A DNA stretch of 64,000 nucleotides from a virus. Lineage: Duplodnaviria > Caudoviricetes. The translations under genes were made by a program, and so were the position numbers. Within the stretch, counting starts at the first letter, position 1. The number at the start of each line of letters is the position of its first letter. Below the pieces are notes generated by a model that worked only from the letters and a program-made list of their open reading frames with translations, ran no database searches and was not told where the DNA came from. The stretch lies in the IMG/VR virus record IMGVR_UViG_3300020156_000029, positions 208 to 64,207 of that record; one strand, given 5' to 3'. Below are positions 37,999-46,954 of this stretch, piece by piece.

Positions 37999-38192
37999 TC
38001 GGCCAGTTCCTTCAGTCGTTGTTTGGTGAGATGCCAGCCCTTGCAAAACTGGCAGTCGTATGCTCGGAGAAAGCCGGCCTCCTCGGCCCGTAGCTTGCGG
38101 ACCTGATTGGCGTGGCTCTCATCCCTGTAGCGTTTCTTGGAGCCGCACTGGCTGTAGACGGCGGCGCGTCGAGGCTGGCGGCGCGGTCTCAT
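37995..38192 (-). CDS. Small zinc-binding hypothetical protein
   Basis: 'CGSKKRY...RAYDCQFCKGWHLT'. Confidence 0.65.
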   Translation of the reverse strand: MRPRRQPRRAAVYSQCGSKKRYRDESHANQVRKLRAEEAGFLRAYDCQFCKGWHLTKQRLKELAE

Positions 38193-38533
38193 GCGGCGGC
38201 CCTCAACTCCTCCGAGGTCGCCGGCCCGGCGGGCGTGGCCCAGGCGAAGCGCATGAGGAGCGCTTGCACGGCGACGGCCTCCTCGGGGTCGCTCTGAATG
38301 CGCTCCTCGGTCATCTGGCAGGCGTGCATGACCGTCGTGTGGTCTCGCCCGCCGAAGCGCTCGCCGATGTAGGGGTACGAGCGTCCGGTCAGCTTCTTCG
38401 CGACGTACATGGCCCGCTGACGCGGCCGGGCGATCTTGCGCGTGCGGCGCTCGCCGAGGAGATCGGCGCGGCTGATCTCATAGACCTCGCACGCCTGCAC
38501 GATGACGTCGTTGATGAGGACTCGGTTGATCAT
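38189..38533 (-). CDS. Stand-alone DnaA C-terminal (domain IV) DNA-binding protein
   Basis: 'RTRKIARPRQRAMY...TGRSYPYIGERFGGRDHTTVMHA' is the DnaA domain IV signature. Confidence 0.9.
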   Translation of the reverse strand: MINRVLINDVIVQACEVYEISRADLLGERRTRKIARPRQRAMYVAKKLTGRSYPYIGERFGGRDHTTVMHACQMTEERIQSDPEEAVAVQALLMRFAWATPAGPATSEELRAAA

Positions 38534-39405
38534 GCGGCGACCTTCTCGGTTGCGGGCCGGCCGCGCTTCTTCGCCGGCGGGCGGCCCATGCGCTTCGCGG
38601 GGAGCTTCGCGAAATCGGCGATCATGTCGGCGAGAGTCTCGTAGCCCCGGCGGCCGTGCGGCGTGCGGTTCTTGGCGATCATCTCGAGACGGCCGACTCC
38701 CTGGCCGCCCAGGATGGCGACGACGCGGTTGGTGATCTCCGGCGTCGGCTCGAGCGGCATGGCGATGTCGAGCGCCTTCAGGAGGCCCGACGACACCGGC
38801 GCGGCGCGAGCGGCGACGCCGATCTTCAGGAGCGCCGTGAGCCGGGCCTGACCGCGCGACCTGGCGATCGAGAGCATGGTCCCGATGGCCATGGTGTCGC
38901 CGACCATGAAGGTGCCCTTGGGCGGCGGGAGGGCCAGGAGCGACACCTTCGCGTCGGACATGGCGCACTCGACGGCGATGGCGTCATCGTCCTGGGCGGC
39001 GACTTGGGCGGCGTAGATCGCGGCCGGGGTGAGGGCGATCCGGTTCTGATTGATGCCGAGGAAGCCCGAGGCCTTCTGGGCCAGGGTCTCCGCGTCCATG
39101 ATCAGGCACGGGAGGAAGGGGATGTTGCCGTTCGACGCGGCGGCGATGGCGGTGTGCTGGCCGTCGACGACCTCGAAGACGTTCGGGTCGTCGGTGCGGG
39201 CGACGCTCGGGGCCTTGAAGCTGGCCCAATCCCAACCGGCGGCCATCTTCCGAATCTGGCGGATCGACGCCTTAGAGAGGTCGCGCTGATAGTCCTCGTT
39301 GACGACGAGTTGGCGCGGCTCGAGGAACTGAATCTCCGGCGCGGGGCCGGGCTCGTTGCCGGCGATCTTCTCGTCGAGTGCGACGATGGGGCGGTAACCG
39401 TTCAT
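38530..39405 (-). CDS. ParB/Srx-like N-terminal domain protein
   Basis: 'VNEDYQRDL', 'VVDGQHT' (DGQH motif). Confidence 0.75.
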   Translation of the reverse strand: MNGYRPIVALDEKIAGNEPGPAPEIQFLEPRQLVVNEDYQRDLSKASIRQIRKMAAGWDWASFKAPSVARTDDPNVFEVVDGQHTAIAAASNGNIPFLPCLIMDAETLAQKASGFLGINQNRIALTPAAIYAAQVAAQDDDAIAVECAMSDAKVSLLALPPPKGTFMVGDTMAIGTMLSIARSRGQARLTALLKIGVAARAAPVSSGLLKALDIAMPLEPTPEITNRVVAILGGQGVGRLEMIAKNRTPHGRRGYETLADMIADFAKLPAKRMGRPPAKKRGRPATEKVAA

Positions 39406-39413
39406 GTCTGTCT

Positions 39414-39884
39414 CTAGGCTGCGAAGTAGATGTCGAGGGCGTCGCGGGCGCGGCTGACGCGGCTTTTCACCGTGCCGACCTCGCACCCGAGTTCCTGGGC
39501 GGCGGTGTCGTAGTCTTCGCCCTCGGCGATCAGCAGGAGGGCCTCGGATTGCTCCGGCGGGAGGATGGACAGGGCCTTGAGCGTGTCCTCGAGGTCGAGG
39601 CCGTGGAATGGGTTGTCGGCCGCCATGACCGCCTCGGCCTGCCCCTCGGCCATCTGGACGCTTCGCCAGGCCCGGCGGCGGTCGCTGTAGAACTGATTGC
39701 GGAGGATGAAGGCGAGCCAGCCGCGCATGTTCGTCCCCATCTGAAACGAGTCGCGCGCCCGAAGCGCCCTCTCCATCGTGTCCTGCACGAGGTCTTCCGC
39801 CGCCGTCGCGTCGAAGGTCAGCTTCGTCGCGAACCGCCTCAGATACGGCATGTGCGAGACAAGCTCGTCGGCGAACGCATCCAT
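39414..39884 (-). CDS. ECF sigma factor, EcfG/SigT-SigU (ECF15)-like
   Basis: 'AEDLVQDT', 'FQMGTNMRGWLAFILRNQFYSDRRRAWR', 'GTVKSRVSRAR'. Confidence 0.9.
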   Translation of the reverse strand: MDAFADELVSHMPYLRRFATKLTFDATAAEDLVQDTMERALRARDSFQMGTNMRGWLAFILRNQFYSDRRRAWRSVQMAEGQAEAVMAADNPFHGLDLEDTLKALSILPPEQSEALLLIAEGEDYDTAAQELGCEVGTVKSRVSRARDALDIYFAA

Positions 39885-40351
39885 CACGCCGCCACCTCGA
39901 ATAGCTGGGCCTGATCGGGGTGGACGCGCTGGCGCTTCGGCCGCCGCGTCGGCGTGATGGTGGCGACGACCGGACCCTCGGTGCGGGTCAGGATCGGCGC
40001 GGTGCAGACGGTCGCGAGAAGCTCGTGGAGAACGGCGTTCTCGTCGCGCCACTCAGAGGCCAGAGCCCGAACCCCCTCGCGCACGTTCTCCGGCACATGG
40101 TCGATGCGCGGGACCGGCACGAGCGCCCAGCCGAGCACGCCCAGGCACGCCTCGATCGTGGCGAGGCCGGGGGTGTTGTTTGTGCGCCAGGCCTTCGTCG
40201 TCGAGCGGAGCACGCCGGAGGCGTATTCCATCTCGTCATAGGTTATGCCCTGGCGCTGCATCTCGGCGAAGATGACTTTCGCGAGCGGGTGCGCGTGCTT
40301 CGGAACCGTGACACGGCTCGGGCGTTTCGGAGGCTCGGGCTTGCGGGCCAT
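39884..40351 (-). CDS. XRE-like HTH protein
   Basis: 'ITYDEMEYASGV..ST.KAWR...PGLATIEACL..LG'. Confidence 0.65.
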   Translation of the reverse strand: MARKPEPPKRPSRVTVPKHAHPLAKVIFAEMQRQGITYDEMEYASGVLRSTTKAWRTNNTPGLATIEACLGVLGWALVPVPRIDHVPENVREGVRALASEWRDENAVLHELLATVCTAPILTRTEGPVVATITPTRRPKRQRVHPDQAQLFEVAA

Positions 40352-40354
40352 GGG

Positions 40355-40588
40355 CTATTCTCCCCAATACTCGCGGTCGATCTCGATGACCTCGGCCGGT
40401 GTGGGCCAGCGGCCCTCGAAGTCTTCGAGGACGGAGTCGTCTTCGAGGTAGGTCGTCAGGACGGCGGCGTAGTCCCACGACTCGAGCCAACCGAAGGCGG
40501 GCACGGCGTGGATGAGCTTGAGGCGGACAGCGGCCTCGAGACGCCAGAAGAACAGGCGGATGAAGGTGAGGGCGGTTTTCAGGTCCAT
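40355..40588 (-). CDS. Hypothetical protein
   Basis: Fits the operon between beta clamp and HTH genes. Confidence 0.55.
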   Translation of the reverse strand: MDLKTALTFIRLFFWRLEAAVRLKLIHAVPAFGWLESWDYAAVLTTYLEDDSVLEDFEGRWPTPAEVIEIDREYWGE

Positions 40589-40593
40589 CCCCG

Positions 40594-41730
40594 TCACCCC
40601 GCCATGATCGAGTTGGAGCGAAGGGCTGCGATGCCCGCCGCGTATTCCGGCGCGCCGCCCGTGACGATGACGTGGTTCAGCCGCGACCCGTGCTGACGAA
40701 TCTCGATGTCGTCGTCGGGAGCGCCGGCCAGGATGGACATGAGGTAGCTCGGGGCGAACGCGGCGAACGTGAACTCGCCTTCGATCTCCGCCTCGATCTC
40801 GTCGCGGACCTCGTTGCCGTCGACGTTCGCGCCCTTCACCTCGAGCGCGCCGTCGCGCGGGATCAGGATGACGCACGCCCACTGGCCTTCCTTCGCCGAG
40901 CCGAGCACGGCGCGATCGACGGCCTCGGCTAGGTCGGGGCGGTTGACGCGCGCGGTCGCCGCCGTCTCGCCCTGCAGAACGACTTCGACGTTCGCCGGGA
41001 AGGTGCCGTCGATCAGCTTCGAGCCCAGGCGGTGCGCGTAGTTCGAGAAGGCGACCGTGTTCTCGCCGGCGTGGATCGTGACCTCATCCTCGCCCTTGAA
41101 GATGCGGAGAGCGGCGTCGATCGCCTCGTTCGGCAGGATCATCGCCGGCATCCCCTCGGCGTCCACCTCGGCAAAGGTGCGGCCGACGACCTTGGTGTTC
41201 GTGGCGGCCAGCTTCAGGCGGCCGTCCTCGAAGGTCGCCGACACGCCCTGAAGCTGGGGATAGATGGGGCCGGTCGGCTCCGTCATCGGGCGGACGCGGC
41301 CGAAGTGCGTGGCGAAGTCCTGGCCCTTCATCGTGAAGGTGACCGCGCCGGAGGCGTCGACCCAGGCGGGGAACTGATCGGCCGCTAGGGTCGGGAGCTT
41401 GGAGTTCGACCGCCCGCACTTCACGGCGAGGTGGCGGGTCTGGGGGCCGGTCTCGATGATCTCGAGCAAGATGTCCTTGTCGCGCGGGAGGCGGTTGATC
41501 AGGGCGGTGAAGGCGGCGGCGTTGACGCACACCGCGCCCTCTCCCTCGACCTTGGCCAGCGCCGTCGACTCGGCGAAACGGTCGAGGTCCGACGAGGCGA
41601 CCTTCAGGAAGTCGCCCTCGGCGACGAGGCGGAGGTGCGTCAGGATCGGCGCGGGGCTGATCTTCGGCGCGACGGCCCCGCCCTTGGCCAGGGCGGCCGA
41701 GAGATTCGGCTGGGTGATGAGGAGCTTCAT
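40594..41730 (-). CDS. dnaN: DNA polymerase III beta sliding clamp homologue
   Basis: 378 aa; 'PILTHL', 'SSDLD', 'LPTLAADQFP', 'AATN', 'SKLIDGTFP', 'AFAPSYL'. Confidence 0.88.
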   Translation of the reverse strand: MKLLITQPNLSAALAKGGAVAPKISPAPILTHLRLVAEGDFLKVASSDLDRFAESTALAKVEGEGAVCVNAAAFTALINRLPRDKDILLEIIETGPQTRHLAVKCGRSNSKLPTLAADQFPAWVDASGAVTFTMKGQDFATHFGRVRPMTEPTGPIYPQLQGVSATFEDGRLKLAATNTKVVGRTFAEVDAEGMPAMILPNEAIDAALRIFKGEDEVTIHAGENTVAFSNYAHRLGSKLIDGTFPANVEVVLQGETAATARVNRPDLAEAVDRAVLGSAKEGQWACVILIPRDGALEVKGANVDGNEVRDEIEAEIEGEFTFAAFAPSYLMSILAGAPDDDIEIRQHGSRLNHVIVTGGAPEYAAGIAALRSNSIMAG

Positions 41731-42385
41731 CAGGCGGCGACCTTGGTGCGGAAGACGCGGAGCCCCTTCGTCGCGTGGGAGGTGGCCTCGAGGCCGGCGG
41801 GGATGGCGTCGCCGTTCGGCATGACCGTCAGGTCACGGGCGCGCCAGTTCGGTTGACCGTGCGGCTTCTTGAAGGGGCGGACGGACGACATCAGCTTGCC
41901 CGGCCCCTGAACGATGGTCGGTCGGCCGGTCAGCTTCTCTCGGGCGGAGCGGCGTTCGCGCATGGCGGCCAGTTCGGCGGCGGCGGCCTTCTTGTTGACG
42001 TCCTTGAGAAGGCGCTGCGCGCCCTTCATCACAGCGCGGCGGCGCTGTTGGCGGGAAATGCTCATCATTCTCTCCTGAGATGGGCGTGGATTTAGAAGGA
42101 AGGGTCGCCGGGCGTGGTGCGCGGGGCGAAGCCGCCGTTTCGCGGGAACAGGGCGACGCCGAGCGCGCAGAGAGCGCCCTGGTAGTCCCCGGCCTCAATG
42201 GCGTGGCGGATGGTGTTGTCGGAACGCCAGGTGCGGACCTCATCGCGAGCTTCGGCGAAGTGGTTGGCGCGGAGGAGGTCGTAGACCTCGGAGCCCGTGG
42301 CGCGTCGGGCGGGTGGATAGGCCGTCAGGCGGTCCCTATCAAGAAGATCAAGCTGCATGAAAAAGCCCCGGCTGCGACTATGCAA
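41730..42385 (-). CDS. Two hypothetical proteins (41730-42068, 42092-42385) at the head of the leftward operon
   Basis: CAGGAG RBS before 42068; located downstream of the repeated TTGAC promoter at 42413-42427. Confidence 0.55.
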
Positions 42386-42441
42386 CCGAGGCTAAACGGA
42401 TGATTCCGGCAAGTCAACGGATAAATCGGGCGGCGGTTCCG

Positions 42442-43176
42442 TTACGAAGAAGCTGACCCGACGATTTTGTGGACGTAGGCGACGCGGGTGCGGGGGATGG
42501 CGTAGACGTGTCCGTCGTCCTCAATCTCGACATCCTCGCTTGTCGACCTGGCGTATTCAGGGCGCGGCGAGAGGATGCGGAAGCGGCAACGATCGTCGTG
42601 GGACGGATCAAGCCGGGCGATGCAAACGGTGCCGTCCGTGAGGCCGAACAGGACGAAATCACCGGCCCGTGCGGGGATGCCGGGATGGACGTGAACGATC
42701 TCTCCGACGAAGTAGCGGGGCTCCATAGCGTCGCTGAAAATCGCGAAAGCATAGGCGGCCTGAACGTGTGTCAAAGATGGCGGCGCGGCCACCATGTCTA
42801 TAGGTTCTGTGAACATCACCCCCATCGGCCCTCCATCCCGCGACCTTGCCGACAGGAGGTTAAGCATCCGTGGAGTTACGGGGTAAGATTCGCCCGGTGC
42901 AAACGACCGAATCTCAGCCAGCCGCCTAGGTGCTGGCGTCGCCCCTATCAAATAGTCGAGATCGCACTCGAGCACGCGAGCCAGCTTTATGAGCCGGGGC
43001 ATGGCCGGCTCTTTGCTCCGTCCGTGGATCACGTCGCCGACGTAGGAAAGGCCGAATCCAGCACGACGGCTGGCCTCTCGCTCTGAGATGCCAAGCTCGT
43101 CGAGCCGCGCCTTTATGCGTTCGCCCAGGCCGCGCATGGGGCTGGGGACAGTTTTCTGCTCGTCCGTTGACAGCAC
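42442..43176 (-). CDS. CI-like repressor (HTH plus S24 peptidase)
   Basis: 'LGERIKARLDELGISEREASRRAG' HTH; 'SDAMEPRYFVGE' S24 region; divergent from the rightward early operon. Confidence 0.85.
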   Translation of the reverse strand: MLSTDEQKTVPSPMRGLGERIKARLDELGISEREASRRAGFGLSYVGDVIHGRSKEPAMPRLIKLARVLECDLDYLIGATPAPRRLAEIRSFAPGESYPVTPRMLNLLSARSRDGGPMGVMFTEPIDMVAAPPSLTHVQAAYAFAIFSDAMEPRYFVGEIVHVHPGIPARAGDFVLFGLTDGTVCIARLDPSHDDRCRFRILSPRPEYARSTSEDVEIEDDGHVYAIPRTRVAYVHKIVGSASS

Positions 43177-43281
43177 CGGATTAGTCCGTTACTCGGTTGG
43201 AAAGGCCGCAACGCCCAACGGAAACATTGGTTCCGCGCACGTTGCAGCCTTTCTGGTTTCATATGCGGAATAAAACCTAGC

Positions 43282-43632
43282 ATGGTACTCGGGATGACGC
43301 AAGCCCCAGATGAGAACGACTCTCTGCGGGCCGAGATTGAGCGCCTTCGCGCCGTCCTGGCCGATACGCAAGCGAGCGTCCCCGCTGGGTGGCGGTTAAC
43401 TGCGACGGAGGACAAGGTGTTCCGTGTTCTCCTGGCGGTCGATTGCGCGACCCGAGCGGCCATCGCCCAGGGCGCGGGACTCACTGAAAACCGTTCGATC
43501 GACGTCCACCTTACCCGCATCCGCAAGAAACTCACGCCCTTCGGTGTGGAAATCGAAACGGTGCGCTCTCGCGGCTGGCGGCTGGTCGGCCGGGCCGGTT
43601 GGTGCGGCGCATTGAACTCCCAAGCCGCCTAA
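43282..43632 (+). CDS. Orphan OmpR/PhoB(CtrA)-type winged-helix protein
   Basis: 'LTATEDKVFRVL...RSIDVHLTRIRKKL...IETVRSRGWRL'; no receiver domain. Confidence 0.85.
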   Translation: MVLGMTQAPDENDSLRAEIERLRAVLADTQASVPAGWRLTATEDKVFRVLLAVDCATRAAIAQGAGLTENRSIDVHLTRIRKKLTPFGVEIETVRSRGWRLVGRAGWCGALNSQAA

Positions 43633-43659
43633 CGTCCCGTCAACAGGAGAGCCTAAAAC

Positions 43660-44430
43660 ATGAGCATCTCGCTCAAATCCCTCAAGAAAACTGCGCCCAA
43701 AGCCAACCCGTTCGGCCTGATTTATGGTGTGGAAAAGGTCGGCAAGACCGCCCTGGCGTGCGAGGCCCCGGCCCCCGTCATGGTCCAGACCCCCGGCGAG
43801 AACCCTCCGGCTGGCATCGAGGTCGACACCTTCGGCGAGATCAAGACGCTCGACGAGTTCTTCGACGCCGTGGGCGCGCTGATCAGCGACGACCACGAGT
43901 TCAAGACCTTCATCATCGACGCCGCTGACGGCCTCGAGCGCCTGGTCTACGACGCGGCTTGCAAGCGCAACAACTGGCAGTCGATCGAAGACCCCGGCTT
44001 CGGCAAGGGCTACGTCGAGGCCCTGAACATCTGGACGAACGAAGTCCTCGCCGCGCTGTCGGACCTCCGCGAAGCGCGCGGCATGAACGTCCTGATGATC
44101 GCCCACGCGGAAATCTTCAAGTTCGACAGCCCGACGTCGGACTCCTACAGCCGCTATCGCCCAAACCTCCGCAAGGGCGTCGTCGATGCCATTCAGGCCG
44201 GTGCGGACTTCATCGCCTTCGTCAATCACCGCGTCTCGATCAAGAAGGAAGACGCCGGCTTCAACAAGACGACGAACCGGGGTGAGGGCGCGGGCCTCCG
44301 CGTGATCTATCTCGACGAGCGGCCGGGCTTCATCGCCGGCAACCGCTACGACATGCCGAGCGAGATCAACTTCAAGAAGGGCGAGGGCTGGGCCGCGCTG
44401 GCCAAGCATCTGCCGGGAGCGCCGGCATGA
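43660..44430 (+). CDS. AAA_24/Sak4-like P-loop ATPase (recombinase)
   Basis: 'IYGVEKVGKT', 'IIDAADGLE', 'GFGKGY', 'IAH'. Confidence 0.85.
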   Translation: MSISLKSLKKTAPKANPFGLIYGVEKVGKTALACEAPAPVMVQTPGENPPAGIEVDTFGEIKTLDEFFDAVGALISDDHEFKTFIIDAADGLERLVYDAACKRNNWQSIEDPGFGKGYVEALNIWTNEVLAALSDLREARGMNVLMIAHAEIFKFDSPTSDSYSRYRPNLRKGVVDAIQAGADFIAFVNHRVSIKKEDAGFNKTTNRGEGAGLRVIYLDERPGFIAGNRYDMPSEINFKKGEGWAALAKHLPGAPA

Positions 44431-44749
44431 TCGACGCCCTCCTGTTCACCTCCTCGGCCATCCTCCTCTTGCTGGCCTGGATGCTGGCGCTCTCGACGGC
44501 CAACCGCTTCGGCGCGGGCGATCGTGACGGCGGCGTCGTCGGGGTGGTCTTCACCTCGCTCGTGGTCTTCTGCGTCGTTGTCGCCGGCTACGCGGGGTGC
44601 GTCGCATGATGGACCCGGCCGAAGACTTCGTCCCCGCTGAACTGTCGCTCCGCCGCAAGGTGGCGCTGATCGGAATGCTTGGGGTGATCGCGTGGTTCGC
44701 CGTCATCGGCGTGGTCGCGACCATCTCCTTCATCTTCAACCTCGTCTGA
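44427..44749 (+). CDS. Two small membrane proteins (44427-44609, 44606-44749)
   Basis: Hydrophobic short ORFs with ATGA overlaps. Confidence 0.5.
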
Positions 44750-44765
44750 AAGGAACAGACAACCC

Positions 44766-45362
44766 ATGGCCAGTCTCGGTCAATCTTTCGATCCCAACTC
44801 CGTCGCGCCTGATACGGGTGCCGGCGGCGGCCTCCACCCGGCCGGCGTCTTCGAGGTGGAAATCACCGAGTCGGACGTCAAGCCGACGTCGAACGGCAAG
44901 GGCATGATCCTGAAGTTCGTCGCCGAGGGCACCGGCAACCCGAACGCGCCCGAGGACAACAAGGGCAAGAAAATCTACGGCAACATCAACGTCCAGCACG
45001 AGTCGGCCCAGGCTCAGGCCATCGGCCAGGGCCAGCTTTCGGCGCTGTGCGCGGCGGTCGGCTTCACCTCGGCGCTCGAGGACTCCGAACAGCTTCACTA
45101 TCAACCGTTCTGGGTCGAGGTGAAGCACGAGCAGCGCATGGGTAAGGACGCGGCCGGCAAGTATACCGTGCCTCAGTTCTTCGACGACGGCTCCCCGAAG
45201 ATGAACGCCGAGATCAAGCGCTACATCTTCGGCGACGAGGCCGGCCAGCCCCAGCCTCCGGCCCAGAAGGCCGCGCCGCAAGCGGCCCCGGCTCCGGCCC
45301 AAACCGCCCAGGCCGCTCCCGCCGCCGGCGGACGCACCTGGCAGCGCCGCCCGGCCGCCTAA
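44766..45362 (+). CDS. DUF669 family ssDNA-binding protein
   Basis: 'PAGVFEVEITESDVK', 'QAQAIGQGQLSALCAA', 'NAEIKRY', Pro/Ala tail. Confidence 0.85.
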   Translation: MASLGQSFDPNSVAPDTGAGGGLHPAGVFEVEITESDVKPTSNGKGMILKFVAEGTGNPNAPEDNKGKKIYGNINVQHESAQAQAIGQGQLSALCAAVGFTSALEDSEQLHYQPFWVEVKHEQRMGKDAAGKYTVPQFFDDGSPKMNAEIKRYIFGDEAGQPQPPAQKAAPQAAPAPAQTAQAAPAAGGRTWQRRPAA

Positions 45363-45382
45363 CACACCCTTCCTCCCGCCTG

Positions 45383-45409
45383 GGCGGGGCTTCGGCCCCG
45401 CCACTTTTT
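45383..45409 (+). terminator. Intrinsic terminator
   Basis: GGCGGGGC-TTCG-GCCCCGCC-ACTTTTT. Confidence 0.8.
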
Positions 45410-45444
45410 CCCGCGCCCTCGGGCGTGAACGGAGAACCTTTGTC

Positions 45445-46434
45445 TTGGCCCCGCTCCCGCAACCTCGCTCGAGCATTCCCGACCTGATCTATGCCGCCTA
45501 TGAAGCGTCGGCGTCGGATTGGGACGGCCTAGGCTTCTCGCCGTCCATGCTGGGGACCGAGTGCGACCGCGCGCTTTGGTATCTGTTCCGCTGGGCGTGC
45601 GCGAAGGAGAAGTTCAGCGGCCGGATGCTCCGGCTGTTCCAGACGGGCCACATCGAAGAAGACCGGATCATCGACGACCTGAAGCGCATCGGGCTCGAGG
45701 TCCACGAGGTCGATCCGTCGACCGGCAAGCAATGGCTGGCCCGCGCGATCGGCGGGCACCTTCGCGGCAAACTCGACGGCATCATCACGGCCGGCGTCCC
45801 CGAGGCCCCAGCAAAAACTCACGTCGTCGAGTGCAAGTCGCACTCCGAGAAGTCGTTCGGCAAGGTCAAGATGCACGGCGTGCTCAAGGGCAAGTTCGAG
45901 CATTGGGTCCAGTGCCAGGTCTACATGCACGTTCGCGGCATCGACCGCGCCCTCTACGCCGCCGTCAACAAGAACACCGACGAAGTCTATTACGAGCGCG
46001 TCCGCTACGATCATGAGTTCTGTTCGCTCCTGTTCGCGCGGCTGCAGCGCGTCATCCTGACCGATCAGCCGCCGGCCCCGATCAGCGAGAAGCGCTCCGC
46101 GCCCGACTGCCGCTTTTGCAAGTCGAAGCCGCTGTGCGTCGGCGAGAGCTTCGCGCGCCTCAACTGCCGCACCTGTCTCCATTCCACTCCGCTCCTCGAC
46201 GGCGACGCCGCGTGGACGTGCGCCCGCTGGGCCAAGCCGCTCCTGGCGGATGAACAGCGCGCCGCGTGCCCCTCGCACCTGTTCATCCCCGGCCTCGTGC
46301 CGGGCGAGCAAATCGACGTCGACGAGCAAGCCGAGACCGTCACCTACCGCCTGGCCAACGGCGACCTCTGGGTCGACGGCCAGGACGCCTCTCATGAACC
46401 CATCGCCAATCCCGAGTCCGAAGATGCTGAGTAA
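45445..46434 (+). CDS. Cas4-like PD-(D/E)xK exonuclease
   Basis: 'CDRALWY', 'GKLDG', 'VECKS', 'QCQVYM', C-terminal Cys cluster 'CRFC...CRTC'. Confidence 0.85.
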   Translation: MAPLPQPRSSIPDLIYAAYEASASDWDGLGFSPSMLGTECDRALWYLFRWACAKEKFSGRMLRLFQTGHIEEDRIIDDLKRIGLEVHEVDPSTGKQWLARAIGGHLRGKLDGIITAGVPEAPAKTHVVECKSHSEKSFGKVKMHGVLKGKFEHWVQCQVYMHVRGIDRALYAAVNKNTDEVYYERVRYDHEFCSLLFARLQRVILTDQPPAPISEKRSAPDCRFCKSKPLCVGESFARLNCRTCLHSTPLLDGDAAWTCARWAKPLLADEQRAACPSHLFIPGLVPGEQIDVDEQAETVTYRLANGDLWVDGQDASHEPIANPESEDAE

Positions 46435-46954
46435 CGCCATCGCCATGTCGCCAGCCGCCCCGATCGGCTGGACGCCCGCCCGCGTCGCCGAGATGGAGCG
46501 GCTGTGGCGCGAGAACCATTCGTTCAGCGAGATCGCACGCACCCTCGGCGGCGGCCTGACCCGCAACGCCGTGATCGGCAAGGCGCACCGCATGGGGCTG
46601 ACCCGGCCGCCCGAGATGGCGCGGGCCATGGCGGAGATTCAGCCGAAGTCGCGCAAGCGCCAAGAGGTCACCGCCTCCGCCCGCTGGAAGGACGACGCCG
46701 GCGAGAAGAAAGGGCTTCCGGTCGAGAAGGTCGAGACCGCCAAGCCCCTCATGTCGCGCGTGTTCGGCCGCGAGTGCGCCTGGCCCGTCGACGAGGGCAT
46801 GGCGTGCTGCGCGCCGGTGGTCGAGAGCGGCCAGTATTGCGCCGCGCACAAGGCCCGTGCCTACACGGGGCCGGGCAAGCCCTTCCGTGGCCTCGCCGAG
46901 TTCGGCCAGCAATCCGGCGATCCCGAACGGTGGTTCGGCGAGGGGTCGTGCTGA
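46424..46954 (+). CDS. gcrA: GcrA-family cell-cycle regulator homologue
   Basis: 'WTPARVAEMERLW...SFSEIARTLGG.LTRNAVIGKAHRMGL' and C-terminal 'CAWP...CCAP...YCAAH'. Confidence 0.9.
   Translation: MLSNAIAMSPAAPIGWTPARVAEMERLWRENHSFSEIARTLGGGLTRNAVIGKAHRMGLTRPPEMARAMAEIQPKSRKRQEVTASARWKDDAGEKKGLPVEKVETAKPLMSRVFGRECAWPVDEGMACCAPVVESGQYCAAHKARAYTGPGKPFRGLAEFGQQSGDPERWFGEGSC

Noticed and set aside
43230-43244. LexA box (GTTC-N7-GTTC) near the repressor, and GTTC repeats at 32642-32657
   Set aside because: One mismatch in the first and wrong spacing in the second; insufficient support
45445-46434. CRISPR-Cas adaptation module
   Set aside because: Cas4-like nuclease sits in the usual Sak4-SSB-nuclease recombination module; no array or other cas genes seen
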